A DNA stretch of 64,000 bases from the human T2T-CHM13v2.0 reference genome, Homo sapiens, in assembly GCF_009914755.1 (NCBI RefSeq), contig NC_060928.1. The stretch is one strand, 5' to 3'. This document shows, in pieces, positions 1 through 14,521 of the stretch. The number at the start of each line of letters is the position of its first letter. Position 1 is the first letter of the stretch. The translations under genes were made by a program, and so were the position numbers. The notes beneath the pieces were generated by a model. That model saw only the letters and a program-made list of their open reading frames with translations, was not told where the DNA came from and did not search any database.

Positions 1-815
1 CTTTCAGGCATTATTTTTTCTCTAGAATTTAGTGTTACTAATTAGAATTCTGAGGTCTTTCTTATTTGTTAGTCTTTTTTGTTCTTCTATTTTCCTTGAA
101 TCTTGAAGATTTTGTGATTGCATGTGTCTGGAGGTCACTTTTTCAGTCACTGAGTGAGTGCTCAATGAGGCATGACCATCTTAAAATATATACCTTGGAT
201 TTTTTTTCTAATAATTTTATCCCCTCCATTTTCTTTATTCTCTCTGAGATTTTACTTTAGTGGATATTGCACTGACTGCTTAGGTCCTCTGGATAGTTTA
301 TCTTTTCTCTGTTATTCCTAATGTCTGTAATATGGGATGTTTCTCTGTTTTCAACTTTCATTGTTTGTACATAAAGTTACATATATATTTAATGCATATA
401 AGATCTTCTGTTTTAGGAATTGTTCCACTGTCAGGGAATTCATTCCTTATTTTGTAGTGTATCTTCTCAAAATTCTCTCAGAATCCTCTTTGCTAAGTTA
501 TTTCTATTTTTTCAGAGAGAGATACTATGCTTTGGTCTTTCTGTTTTACAGTGATGATTTTTGGATTTGTGTGATGGCTGTTCTGTGAACATTTCATAAC
601 TAAGAATAGAGACGTGGACAGCTGCTAAGAATTTTCTTTGTTATTGTGATAGTTGCTTTTTTCCTCCATTATGTCCCTCCCTTTACAATATCTGAGACAC
701 AGCTCTGTGTATGTGGATAGACTGTATTAAGTATATTCCTTGGACCAAGCATGTGAGCAACTGCTTACCAGATTGTGGACCCCCAAGTGCAAAGGGGAAG
801 ACTTAGCCCAGGAAC
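1..815 (-). mobile_element. Ancient LINE relic, HAL1/L1M-like, antisense
   Basis: T-rich tracts such as ccctccattttctttattctctct...ggatattg...ggtcctct...tttatcttttctct resemble the reverse complement of HAL1/L1M; heavily diverged. Confidence 0.45.
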
Positions 816-819
816 ACCT

Positions 820-1272
820 AGGTAGGCAGAATAATGGCTGGCCACAGACACCCACATCCTCATTACAGAAGCAATTAAGTTAGAGAGCTTGAGATGGAGA
901 GGTTATCTTGGATTGTTACGTTGCACTCAGTGAATGTAATGACAATGGTCCTTACAAGTGAGAGGCAGACAGGAATGTCAGAGTCAGAGATGGAGGTGTA
1001 ATGACAGAAGGAGAGATCAGTGATGCAGTTGATGGCTATGAAGACAGAAGGAGGACATGGGGCATGGGATGTAGGTAGCCTATAGAAGCTGCAAAGGGTA
1101 AGGAAACAGATTCTTTCCCAAAACCTCCAGAAAAAAACACAGTTCTGTTGACTGCTTGATTTTAGCCCAGTGAGACTATTTTGGATTTTTAACCTCCAAA
1201 ACCATGAGACTTGTATTATTTTAAGTCACTAAATTTGTGGTAATCAGTTATAACAACCATCAGAAACAAATG
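820..1272 (+). mobile_element. MaLR LTR, MLT1D-like
   Basis: gtaggcagaataatggc start, aggaaacagattct...cctccagaa, ttgattttagcccagtgagac, and end aagtcactaaatttgtggtaatc...gaaacaaat match MLT1D. Confidence 0.85.
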
Positions 1273-2245
1273 TTAATTTTGGTACCTGGAAGTGGGTTAC
1301 AACAAATAAAAAATATGTGGAAGGGGCTATGGAATTAGGCAGTGGGCAGGACTGGAAGAGTTTTGAGGGACATGATGAAAACAGCCTAGATTGCTTTGAA
1401 CAGTAGAGTGAGGAATATGTTATTGGAAAATGGAGGAAATATCATATAATATTATGTAGTGGCAGAAAGCTTAGTTGACACATGTCCGACACAAGTAATA
1501 TGGCAAGCAGTTATATGGTAAACGAAACATGGAAACTATAAATTCAAACATTTAGCTGAGGAGATTTCCATGAACAGAGTTGAAAGGATGGTTGGTTTCA
1601 TTTTCTGCTTATAGTAAAATGTAAGAGGAAAGAGATGGATTGAAGGAAGAAATGTTAAGCAAAGAGAAACTAGACTTGATGATTTTGGAAATTATCAGCC
1701 TTTTCAGACGGCCAAAATTAGGAGATTCATTCCAGAAAAGTATGCTCTGGAGAGAAAGCCAAAGGTGTGGCTGGGCAACCTTTTGCTACTGCCTGGAAAA
1801 ATCCAAAGGTCAGAATGTTCCCTCTCACAGAGAGCTCACTGAAAGGATTAGGCAGATGACTTATGGGTTCCCTCACTCATCAGAAATGAAAAATAGGGAT
1901 GGGATTATCCAGAAAAGATATGTGGACAAGCCTCTTGTCTGTTTAAGTGAATCTAGGACACACACATGGAAGACCTACATGGATAACATTCCTGAGAATG
2001 TTATCCCAGCAGAAACACTGCCAACCTGAATGGAAAGGGACAGAGAGAAGACATAATATAAGAAATCTATCAGACTCCCCAAATTCTACAGGCAGGAAAC
2101 AGGCTGATAACACTACTCAGCTGCAAGCACACGCTACTCATTCAAAAAAAAGAACAGTAACTCTAAGGGCAAAGAAATGCACCCAGAAGGCAAAGTCACA
2201 AGACATAGAGAATTATTCCCAGGCCTTGAGACCTAAATGAGTTTG
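1273..2245 (+). mobile_element. MLT1 internal sequence, 3'-truncated, no second LTR seen
   Basis: Follows the LTR with attttggtacctggaagtggg (MaLR internal start), ggaattaggcagtgggcagg, ttagctgaggagatttcca and ccaggccttg; ORF 1640-2029 lies inside it. Confidence 0.75.
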
Positions 2246-2314
2246 CACTACTACCAACGAGCAGTATGAAATAGTTTCCCCATTACAAATGAGCAGTATG
2301 AAATAGTCAACAGG

Positions 2315-2540
2315 CGGAGTCTTTGGGATGAATCTGATGCCAAATTGAATCTTAGCTCCTTTTTCTAACTGCCTAGGGGCAAACTATTTCACCTTTTGGT
2401 ATTTCAGTTTCATCACCTAAACATTAGGATGATGACACCTTCCTTCACACATTTGTTATAAATAGTGCATTAAAAATATGTAAATTGTGTAATCCATATA
2501 CTGACCCATAGCAAACCTTCAGAAACTGGTAGCTATTATT
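2315..2540 (+). mobile_element. MIR SINE
   Basis: gaatcttagctcc, ggcaaactatttcacc, cagtttcatcacct core and tail tagctattatt. Confidence 0.6.
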
Positions 2541-2906
2541 CTACCAGTGAATCATGGAGGGAAAGTGAAAGAAAGGATATCATTCTTGCAGTTTACCACT
2601 ATATATAATATAGGTATAATATTTTAAAAGTTAGGCATTGTCATGTAAGTGATAAATCTATATTTTTAGTATTTCCATGATGACAAAATATGAAGTATTT
2701 CTACCTAAGATTATGAGTAAAATTTAAATATGAACATTTCCTTCTGTATTAACAGAAATTTTGCCAATCTCACAGTAGCTACAAAACTAGAAAATAAAAA
2801 TCTATCTTTGAGAGTTACTGTTATTCATTAATGTAACTAAAATACTATTAGGATTGTGATGTCAAAAAGTCAACTGTGACAAAAATCTTTAGATTTGTAT
2901 TCTTAT

Positions 2907-3212
2907 GGCAGGGAGTGGTGGCTCATGCCTGTAATCTCAGCACTTTGGGAAGCTGAGGCGGGCAGATTACAAGGTCAGGAGATCGAGGCCATCCTGGCTA
3001 ACATGGTGAAGCCCCTTCTCTACTAAAAATGCACACAAAAAAAAAAAATTAGCTGGGTGTGGTGGCACATGCCTGTAGTCCCAGCTACTCGGGAGGCTGA
3101 GGCAGGAGAATCACTTGAATCCAGGAGGTGGAGGTTGCCGTGAGCCTAGACAGCGCCACTGCACTCCAGCCTGGGTGACAGAGTGAACTCTGTCTCAAAA
3201 AAAAAAAAAAAA
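2907..3212 (+). mobile_element. Full-length Alu, AluSc-like
   Basis: Dimeric Alu with aggtcaggagatcgag/ctggctaac, poly(A) tail, TSD ttgtattcttat at 2895-2906 and 3213-3224. Confidence 0.97.
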
Positions 3213-4759
3213 TTGTATTCTTATAATTGCATTCTGAGATTGGAGCAAAATATAGAATTAATGAAACATTTTATCTATAAAGCATCATGTAGTGATGGTT
3301 TAGAGTTTAATGGCGTGGTACAAATACAATATTCATCAAAATGCCTCAGCAAGAGTCAGACATCTACTTGCCTAAAGGTTAGCTTTAGATGATGCAGGTT
3401 TTATAATCTACACAAAGGCAATGCTAGCAGATCAATTCTCATTCTTGGTGGTGGTACCACATACTCCTTTTCTGAGCCCTAGGAGGAAATAAGGAGTGGC
3501 ATAAAAGTGCTTCTTAGCATTTTATGGCACATAGTGTTACTACAAGGTACTATATCTTTCCTGACTTATTACATCCCTTAGTAGCCATGTAAATCTCAAA
3601 GAATAGAGACTAACCCTTATGAATTACTTTAGAATATGTACCATGCTGTTAGAAATGAATTATGTTGAAAAATCATGAAATCAAACTGATAGCCTACAAA
3701 GTTTTTCCTCTTCTCATAATCATGCCAAATTATTACATTTGCTGTTTGATTAGACAGGTAAGTGAATATATTTCTTCTACTCAGGTTGGTTGAGAAGGAG
3801 ATTTAAATGATGCTCTTCCCTGAAGAGCTGATAGATGCAGGCAGGGTTGATAAGTTGTTTTCTGCCTAATTTTTGTCTTTGAGTGTAACATAAGCTTGTG
3901 ACTTTCTTACCATAGTCTTTATTGTGCATATTACAGAGGTCAAAGCATTTCTATTCCACTGATTTTATTATAACAGAAGCTCTGGAAACTGTTATTGCAT
4001 GATAAACAAAAAAGATACAAAGATACAATGTTTGAAAAATGATTTTAAAAAGCGAGTAACAATTGTATAACAGAGAAGAATCTATTGAAATGTAAATTTA
4101 AGTGAAATGCCAAGGAATATGCTTTTAATAATAACACTTTATGATCCTTTTGCCTCAGGTTTTCTTTCCTCCATCTATTCATTGAGCAGCCATTAATGAC
4201 CAATGCAACCAAATGAAAGAAAAACAGTTGTCTTTAATGACATAGCTATTATGGTTTTAAAACGCTGTGGTCTCATTTCAAGTAAGATGATTGATAGAGG
4301 CTTATTATTACCATTATTGAGTTATTTCAAACAAACGCCATTTTAGAAACAAAATAGGATGTAACAACACAATAATGGTGTACATGTTTTTCTAATATTT
4401 GTCATGTATTGTAAAACAAATAAAACAAATGGAAAGCTTAGTTTTTACTTTAGTAAGGCCTATGGTTTTCCAAAAAAAGGCATTAACCAAACATTTTTAC
4501 AGGGAGATGGGTGATACAATAGCCTGTATTATAAATAGATTCTCAGTCATTATTACCATATGAAATTGCTAAAAAGAGGCATACTACTTAACATTGTTAG
4601 ACTACCAAATCCAATGGTATATATACTATTCATTATTAGAGCTCTATGTGATTTATTTATATAGCAGAGACCTGCTTTGTTTGAAAAGCACTCTTTACTG
4701 CAAACCTGTCTTTAACATAACATACCAAAAGTAAATGAATGAAAATATGATGGCAGTGA

Positions 4760-5478
4760 TTATTTTGAGTGCCTCTGTCTTTACAGCATTAGGATTATCT
4801 CACTTGATTACCCTTCTCTTTGTTTTATTCTGGTTTTTGTGTTCTTCCTATGCTCGTTTGCTTTCCCCCGTGCTCCTCTTTCATAAATGTCTGCCTGCTA
4901 CATGCATTTTAATAGCAAGGCAGAGGGAAGGGCCTGGGAATCCAAACTTAATCTCCATGTTTCTACTGTCATCTTTCACCCCCAGCTTCTGCTATACTTT
5001 CCATCTCTGAGTCCAAAGCACCTGCAGGAGAAATTAAAAATAAACAGCTGCAGAAAGGGTAAGGCAGATGGGTGTGAGAGAGACAGATACACCAGGCTTA
5101 CTGGGCAAAAAAAGGAAAAATCTGTGTTAAACCACTCTGTTTACAGTCTTGAACATCCCCGCTACCTTCCACTGTTACCGTATGCTTCCAAGTCCTGAGT
5201 CATCCTTGTGGTTCAAAAATAATTTCCTTGGTACTTTTTGCTCCCCAACTCTGTAGGCTTTTAGGTAATAACAGTTTTCACTTTTTAAAGTAATTTGCCC
5301 ATCCTCCCTCCCCCTGCTTCCTGTATTTCAAAGAGTTATTTAAATCTCCAGTGTCATCTCATTATTTCTTTGTCCTTGTGGGTTTATACCTTTTTATGCT
5401 ATCACTCTCCTTTAATGAGGTTTTGAGAAGTAGAAGTGATACTTCTCTGTAGTAAATCTGCCATATTTATCTGATTTC
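4760..5478 (-). mobile_element. HAL1/old L1M 5'-end relic, antisense
   Basis: ttgtgggtttataccttttt and terminal aatctgccatatttatctgatttc resemble the reverse-complemented HAL1 start. Confidence 0.4.
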
Positions 5479-6758
5479 TACTAGAACTTTTGCGTATCTA
5501 ATGCCACTGCAAATCATCCCAAGCTCCTCAGATGCTAGATACTTAATACAATCTTTGAACTTGTATACGCACAGAATTAGCAAGTTTCTAGGTGCCAGGA
5601 CTTAAAGGAGAGTAATGAAGAAAGATACACTGTGCTCCTTGTCATTAAGAGACCCTTTGGCAGCACTGTAATGATTTTCTCTGACCTTGTGAATGCCTTA
5701 TGGGAACTCTGTACACACTCATCTATCTACTTACTATCTTCAGAGTATCACTGAAATAGTTTCTGCACATTAATGAGACTTCATCACTTCAAAGGCATTT
5801 TTGAAAAAGAAAAATAGCTGAAGGTAGGAACAATTATATTTTTAGTATAGTTGTATAATCTAAACAAAAAAGTACAGTAATTTTGAATAGACTTATTAGA
5901 CTAAAAAAAGAATTAACTGGCTATTTAAAAAAAGAAAAAGGTGGGGACCTATCATCTTGGTTCTTTTATGTTTCTTCACCTTTAAAAGACAGATAAGATC
6001 AGAAGTGAAATAGAATGGCTGCTTTTGTTATGACAGTAATGAGCTAGAACTGGACTAAATAGAAGAGACTGCAGATATGGGGTCACAGAGTGGTGAGACT
6101 TCATGAATTTATTCATTGAAATATGTCCATGTCCTCATAAAATGGGATGCCATCATTACATGTGTGGATTGCTTTGTTGCACAACACTGCTGTCTAACTT
6201 TGCTCTTGGGAAGTAATCCAAAACTGGTTTATATATTTGACTGCAAACATAAAAATATTGAAGTTTTAAAGGGACAACAAGCCTTGGATCACTCCTGAGA
6301 TGATTTAGGATTTTACTTTCTGATAACACTAGAGTAAATAAAAACGTGCGTCCTGAAAGAAATGGAATAATATTTTTGTGGATAAAATGTTGAATTTTGA
6401 GTTATTTTTAAAGAAATGAATAAGAAGTATTTTCTTAATCTGAAGAAAATTACTTTTGATGGAGATTTGAAACTGTCTCAGAAACACATTTTTAAAAGTT
6501 ACATTGTTTTGATGTCTTGCGACATATGGTATTTTCATTCATCCATTCATTCCTTGGCTAATCTCTAAGATATTTAGGTTTTTTTTTTTAATGGCCCAGC
6601 CTCACAAATAAGCAATAAAATTAACAATTATTGCTTAAATTAGAAAGCACATTGAAAATAAATGGCAATGAATTTTTACAAATACTCTGAACTTAAAAAA
6701 AGAACAATAACAAACTTTGAAGTCTATTTTGATGTTAGATTTCCCCCATGCCCTATGA

Positions 6759-7121
<363 letters not shown>

Positions 7122-7689
7122 TACTTCTAGTTTCTAACTCAGGATCTTTTTTCATGAGACATAACTAAAGGACAAATGTATTTTTTAAATATATAAGAAC
7201 ATTGTAAAAACTATACATTCTATAGTATCTTTAAATATTATGTGTACATAATTTTTGCTATACATATTTAAACCACACAGAAAAGTGCAGGGAGTTCTAT
7301 AGCAAATATTCATGAACCCACCTTATTAGCCTTAGTCATTCAAAGAAAATTACAGATGTAATTAAAGCCACTTTGTATCCTCTTGAAATATATACCTAAT
7401 TCATATATTTAAAGCTTCTGAAGAGTTCTACATTACTCTTCTGCAATAATCAATCTTAGCTTTTTTTTTGTATTTTGCTAGATAGTACTTTTTCAAAAAT
7501 GTAGCAAATTATTATCTCACTTTTATTTTTATATTGTTTTAATAAATTCTGATATATTTATGATTTTATTTTAGATTTTTGTGTTTCAATCTTTTAGCTT
7601 TATTTGTATTTGCTGTTTTGTTTTTTTAATTTTCTAATGCTTAACACTTTCTTTCAATATCTACTTAAAAACACATTTAAAACAATACA

Positions 7690-9770
7690 AAAATACCCAC
7701 TTTCACCACTACTATTCAACATTGTACTGAGAACTTCTAGCCAGAGCAAATAAAAGTCATCCAATTGGAAAGAAAGAAGTAAAACCCTCTTTATTCATAG
7801 ATGACATGATTCTGTGTACTAAAAAATCCCAAAGAAACCACATGTAAGCTACTAAATCTAAGAAATAAATTTAGCAAAGTTGTGGGATGTATTATCAACA
7901 CAAATAAACTAGTTGTGTTTTTATGTACATGAAATGGACAATTAAAATGGGAAGTCAAAAAAGTAATTCCATTTACAGTAGCATCTAAAAGAAAATAAAG
8001 TCAAGTATACATTTAACAGAGGAGGTGAAAGACTTACACACTGAAAACTACCAACCATTGCTGAAAGACATTAAAGAAAACCTAAATAAATAGAAAGACA
8101 ACTCGTGTTCATGGATGGGTAGAAAGTCTTAATATTGTTACAGTATCAATAATATGCAAAATGATCTACAGATTCAACACAAACCCTACCAAAATTCCAA
8201 GAGCATCTTTTGCAGAAATGAAAAGCTGGTTCTCAAATTCCCATAGGACTGTATGTAGCCCTAAATAGTCAAAACAATCTGGAGAAAAAGAGCAAAGTTA
8301 GAGGAGTTACACTTACACAATTTTGAATTTTACTACGAGCTACAGTAATCAAAATAGTGTAATACTGGCATAAATATTGACGTAAAATAGAATTGACAGT
8401 TCCAAAAAAAACCTCAGACATCTATGACCAATTGATTTTTAACAAGGATGTTAAATTCATTTCATGAGAGAAAGAACAATTTCACAACAAATGGTGATGG
8501 GACAACTGAATTTGACAAACAACCAAAGAAGTTGAAACTATACTTCACACCCTATACAGAAATTAACTCAAAATGAGGAAACAACCTAAAAATAAGAACT
8601 AAAATCATAAAATCTTTGTAAGAAAACAGAAGGATAAATTGTGGCCTTGGGTTTGGCAATGCATCAATGAAACCAAAAGCAAGAGCAATAAAAGAAAACA
8701 TAGGTAAACTGGACATCAACAAAATTTGAAACTTTTGCACATCAAAGGGCATTATAAAGAAAGTAAAAAAAAACACTAGAAAATGAGAGAATATAGTTTT
8801 AAATTTTATATCTGATAAGGAGTTAATATCCAGAATATATTAACAAGTACTAAAAGTCAACAACAGAAAGACAAACAACCCAATTTTAAAAATTAGCAAG
8901 GCCTTGAAAACACACTTCTGCAAAAGAAGATAATCAAATGGCCAATAAACATCTAAAATGATGTTAAGTAAACTTAGCCATTAAGGAAACACAAGTCAAA
9001 CCACAGGAGATATTGCTTTATAACTTCTAGAATTACTATAATCAAAAAAGGGAAAATAACTAATGTTTGCCAGAACATAGAGAAGTTGGAACCCTTGGAA
9101 CTTGTTGATGGGAATATAAGATGGTGCAAATGATGTAGAAAACAGAATGGAATGTCACTTCCTCAAAAACATAGATTCATAAACATGGAATTATCATATG
9201 ACACAGCAATGCTACTTCTACGTATATACCCAAAAGAATTGAGAGCAGAGATTCAAACAGATGCTTGTACACCAAATAGTCATAAAAGCGTTATTTATAA
9301 TAGCCAAAAGATGAAAACAACTCAAGTGTTCATTAATAGAAGAATGGATAAACAAAATGTGGTATATACAAACAATGGAATATTATTCAGCCTTAAAAAC
9401 ATTAAGTTCTGACACATAATACGACATGGATGAACCATAAAAACATTATGCCAAGTGAAATAAATCAGACACAAAAGAACAAATATTGCATGATTTTACT
9501 TCTATAAAATATCTAGAATAAAAACATTCTTAGAGATAGAAAGTACATTAGTGGTTGCTAAGTGATGGAGAGATAGGAAATAGGAAGTTACTGCTTAATA
9601 GTTACTGAGTTTTTGTTTGAGGTAATAGAAAAATTTGGAAACAGATAATAGTGATGGTTGCAAAACAATGTGAATATAATAAATGTGATTGAATCGTACA
9701 CTTAAAATTCATTAAAAAGGTATAGTTTATGTATAGTTTAGGTATACATATTTATCATGATTTTTTAAAA
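7690..9770 (+). mobile_element. 5'-truncated L1MB (L1MB3/4-like): ORF2 RT/C-terminal relic plus 3' UTR
   Basis: ctattcaacattgtactg, gatgacatgattctgtg (ADDMI-type RT motif), aaatgatctacagattcaa and an L1MB-type 3' UTR (tagtgatggttgcaaaacaatgtgaat...gtacacttaaaa). Confidence 0.9.
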
Positions 9771-10397
9771 GATACATTATAACTATAAATTTGCTTCTAT
9801 GTCTTGTTGATAGGTTTCTCCAAATCGTGACACTTTGTATTCTACTTGTTATTACATTTTATATATTTTCTAATTTTCATTGCTATTTCCTCTTTAACCC
9901 ATACATCAATTAGAAGTGTGGATATTTGTTGCTGTTATTCAATTCCCAAAGGGGATATTGTTACTTTAAATGTTGACTTCATGTTTAGGATGCTCTTTGA
10001 AATTAAGATGTTTTTTGAACTTGCACGTAATATTTTAGGGAACTTTTCCTTAAGTGCTTGAACAAAATAGTGATTCCGTAGATGCAGTTCCAAAATAAAT
10101 ATGCCATAGAATTATTTGGTTAATTGTTCTCTTCACATTATTTCTAACCACAATTATTTTTGTCTGCTAACTCTGGTGTGATGTTTTATAATTTACACTT
10201 ATAGTTCTATTTAATTATTTATAAAAACTTTTTAACATTTAAATAAAATGTATATCAAGGCTATGTTATTAGGGGTATCAGCATTTAAATAATTCATTTT
10301 ATTGGACTGTTTAACATATAGCCTCTCTCATTATATCAATTAGTAGTGTGTACCTAATGACATTTTTATCTAATAGTAATGTTACAGCATCTATCTT

Positions 10398-10723
10398 ATT
10401 TGTTTGTTTGTTTGTTTGTTTGTGTATTTATTAATTATTTAGAGATGGAGTCTTGCTCTGTCACCCAGGCTGGAGTGCAGTGTCACAGTCTTGGCTCACT
10501 ACAACCTCCGCCTCCTGAGGTCAAGAGATTTTCTTGCCTCAGCCTCCTTAGTGGCTGGGATTACAGGCACCTGTCACCATGCCTGGCTAATTTTTGCATT
10601 TTTAGTAGAGACGGGCTTTCACCATGTTGACCAGGCTGGTCTCAAACTCCTGAACTCAGGTGATCTGCCCATCTCGGCCTCCCAAATTGCTGGGATTACA
10701 GGTGTGAGCCACTGCGCCTGGAC
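10398..10723 (-). mobile_element. Full-length Alu, AluSx/Sz-like, tail converted to (TTTG)n
   Basis: Dimeric Alu with ctcaggtgatctgccc. Confidence 0.96.
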
Positions 10724-10828
10724 ACAACTTTCTTTTAAATAGTATTTGTGTACCATACCTCTTACCATCCCTTTATATTCATGCTTTTTACTTGTTATTT
10801 TTTAGGTTTAAGTTGTATTTAGCTAGCG

Positions 10829-10830
<2 letters not shown>

Positions 10831-10865
<35 letters not shown>

Positions 10866-11058
10866 TCTAGCTCTGTTGTCCAGACTGGAGTGAAGCGATG
10901 TGATCATAGCTCACTGCAGCCTTAAAATTCCTAGGCTCAAGCAATCCTCCTGCCTCAGCCTAGTCCTGAGTTGCTGGGACTATAGGGATGCTCTACCACA
11001 CCTGGTTAATTTGTTTTTATTTTTTGTAGAGATGGCATCTCACTTTGTTGCCCAGGCT
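10831..11058 (-). mobile_element. 5'-truncated AluJ
   Basis: About 32 T, gatcatagctcactgcagcc and ggctcaagcaatcctcc (J diagnostics); stops at gttgcccaggct in the left arm. Confidence 0.9.
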
Positions 11059-11109
11059 AACTAGTTTATTTTTTAAAGCCAATGTAAGAATCTTTCATTA
11101 AAAAAATAC

Positions 11110-11296
11110 CACAGTGATTAAAAGTATTTCCTTTGAAAGCCAGATTCTAGATCTACATCCTAACTCTACTATTTACTTGCTGTGTTATCGTGTACTTTGT
11201 TTTCTTCATGGGTAAAATTAGAATAACAACATTTCTTACTTTCTGTGAAGTAATTAGAACAGTTTCTGGCATGGAACAAAATCAATAAACATTAAA
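11110..11296 (+). mobile_element. MIR SINE
   Basis: agtgattaaaag...gaaagccaga...ctctactatttacttgctgtg...tagaacagtttctggcat...tcaataaacatta. Confidence 0.65.
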
Positions 11297-11614
11297 AATT
11301 CGTGTTATTGAAACAATGAGTTCAATGAACTAACTTTTACTAAAATTTCTGATATTTATTCTTGAGCCTCATTAGTGTTGTCTTACTAGTGTTGTGTCTG
11401 AGTCTATTTTTTAATTGATTTTCCTATGCCTCCTTCCTTTGGAGTTCCAAGTTTTTCTATATTCCTATAATTCTATATTATTTGTTTTAAATACTTTAAT
11501 TGATATCTTCAAATATTATGTTTAAATTTGTTTACATGCACATTTTTTTCCAATTAAGTATAAAGTTTATAATATTTCTATCTACCTTCCAGACTGACAA
11601 ATACAGTAGCATGT

Positions 11615-13711
11615 TGTGGTAGGCAGGTTCCAAAATAATTCCCAGTGATCCCCTCCACTCCTAATATTTATGCTCTTGTGTAACTCCCTGTCCTTGAATG
11701 TGGGCTACATCTACTCATTTGCCTCCAATCCTGAAATCTGGTAAAAGTGATGGGATGTCACTTCAAGATTACATTACAAGAGTCTGTGACCTTTTTCTTC
11801 TTCTCATTCTCTTAGCTGTTGCCTTTTCACTTGCTCATTCTTATGAAATCAGGGTCCAGGTTGTGAATTTCCATATGTAGAAGCCCACATGGTAGCGAAC
11901 TGAGTGAGGCCTCCGACTGACAGTTTGGTGAACAATTGAGGCTTTCAATCTAACAACCCAAAGGAAAGGAATCCTGGCAGAAACGACATGAATTGGCTCA
12001 GAGATGCATCCCCAGGTAGGTCTCAAGATGACTGCAGTCCCAGGTCTTACTCACTTTACTCACACCTTGATTGTGAGAAACTGAGATGCAGAGGACTGAA
12101 TGAAGCTATGCACATATTTCTGACCCTCTGAAACTTTAAGATAATACATATTGTTATTTTAAGTCACTAAATTTTGGGGTATTTGTTATGCTGCAAAGGC
12201 AAATAGATGGTTTTGAAATTTTTCAGGCCTTCCAGAAAGCAAAAGATGCTAACATTAAGAAAGGGCTTCTGAGCCCTTTCAGAAACACGTGTCCTATGTG
12301 TTTGGCTGTATAGCTATTTGCTAAGTATTCAAACAGATCAAAGAATAAGAGGTTTATTCACTTACACAAAGGACACTTTAAGGGCATTAAGGGTGTGCCT
12401 CAGATCCTCTTAATAAAATAGGGCCACTAGAGAAGTTTATGGTCATTGTATTCAACCACTTTGCGGAATTAGGTAGAGAAGGACTTATCTCAAAAATATT
12501 TGCATGGGTGGCTTTTGTCTAATATACTTCAGTTAGATCACTGATGATCCACAAAGCTTTTGAGAACAATACATTATTAGCAAAATCACTTCTAGCTTGC
12601 AATGAGTGGAACATACAAAATGAGTAGAGACTGTTGGATCCTAAAATTTTACTGGCGAAAGGAAGCTTAGAAAACTACTCAGTTGCAAAAACAAACGAAC
12701 AAACAAACAAACAAACAAACAAAACAACTCAGAGGGCAGAATCAAGAGTCCTGAGGGTCTGAGGGTAGCTTTAAGAGCCATGGCCTTAAAACCTAACAAG
12801 AAACTTCCAGTATTTTACTGGCTGGATTCTACAACCACGATTGACTAGTGACTTTTTTTGTGCCTCTTATTTTCCCCCCTTATTTTTTTTGAGAAAGAAT
12901 GTCTATAGCTGTTGTCCTATGCCTGTCCCACCATTATATGTTGGATGTATGTTGGAGGCACATAACTTCTCTCTGTAGCTTCTCAGATCAAGAGAAACTG
13001 TCCTTGAGCAGTTAAAGAACTATAACCCACGAACCTAATTAATACCTCAATATGGTTTAGATAATAGGATTTTGAACTTTGGGCTGATGCAATAATGGGA
13101 TGTGACTTTTGGAGACCTTGGGAGGGCCAGGGAATGTATACTGCATGTGAGGGATCTGGATAATTGAGGACAGATGTCAGACTAACAGGCAAACTTCTCA
13201 AATGGCCCCCAATGTTTTCAATCTCCTTCTGTCCACGTCTTTGTGTAATCCACTCTCCGTGATGTGGGCTGAAATTAATGACTTGTTCTTAATAAACAGA
13301 ATATTTCAGAGGCAATGAGATAGTACTTCAAAGATTAGGTTAAAAAAGACTGTGACTTCAATCTGGCTGTCACTTTCTCCCTTGTTCTCATTTGCTTGCT
13401 GTGATAAATGAAGCAGCCATGTTTGAGCTACACTATAAAGAGGTTCATGTAGCAAAGAACTGTGGGTGGCCTCAGACCAACAACTAGCAAAGAACTGAGG
13501 CCCTCAATTCAACAGTCCATGAAAAACCACGTGCTTGAGTCCAGAAGCAGGTCCTTCCTCACTTGAGCCTTAGAATGACCGCAGCCCTGACTGGCAGTTA
13601 ATAATAAGAACGATCTTCTTATTATTGACCTACAGAAACTGAGATTTAAAAGGTTGTTTTAGGTCACCAAATTCTTGAATAATTTGTTAAACAATAAATA
13701 ATAACTAAATA
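11615..13711 (+). mobile_element. MaLR provirus, MLT1F-like: 5' LTR 11615-12205, internal about 12206-13182, 3' LTR about 13183-13711
   Basis: Both LTRs carry ggcccccaatg/cccagtgatc, tgtgtaa...gtgggct and acttcaa(a)gatta plus the terminal ttttaagtcactaaatttt-like motif; the internal part ends in the MaLR gagaccttgggaggg...cagac segment. Confidence 0.85.
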
Positions 13712-14205
13712 TTGAATATCCCCTTTCTTTATCTTCTGTCATTGTTTTCTGTAGTTTAACTTTTAAAACAAAAATGGAAACATGTTATTCCTTTATGTCA
13801 ATATCAATTGCTAACATAACTTAGAAACATTTTAATCCAGTTTTTTGCTTGTTTTGGTTTTTGTTAATTTTATTTTTTCTTGTTGAAATACATGATTTGG
13901 TAATTCTTACTGTAGAATCTGTGAGTAATGAAACCAGTTAGTTTATTATATCTTAAGAAATCTATCTCCTCTTAAATGACAGCTTAACTGATAGAGAAAA
14001 ATAGCTTGAAATCTGCCCTTTGCACTTTGAAAATATTTACTGGGGTTTATTATTACTATGGAGAAATCCATTGTTAGTCTAGTTGTTCATCTAGTGATCT
14101 TTACCCTCAGGTAACATTAAAGAGTTTCTGCTTTATCTTTGCTGTTTTGCATTTGCACTATTAGACAGTAAATTAAAAATAAATACCCTGCTTAATAATC
14201 ATGAT

Positions 14206-14521
<316 letters not shown>

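Larger units (their letters stand above)
9771..11610 (-). mobile_element. Older L1M/L1ME ORF2 relic, antisense, interrupted by two Alus and a MIR; probably continues at 7240-7680 and 13712-14985
   Basis: ctataaatttgc, ttttctaattttcattgctatttcctctttaaccc...ttagaagtgtg, and ggctatgttattagg match reverse L1M endonuclease region. Confidence 0.5.

Noticed and set aside
1640-2240. 129-aa and 97-aa ORFs
   Set aside because: Lie inside the decayed MLT1 internal region; retroelement remnants, not host genes
3751-3763. Perfect splice donor CAG|GTAAGT
   Set aside because: No convincing acceptor upstream; one such 9-mer in 64 kb on two strands is compatible with chance
5945-6000. Possible minus-strand micro-exon after tcttatctgtcttttaaag
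   Set aside because: The following donor (GTCCCC) is non-consensus
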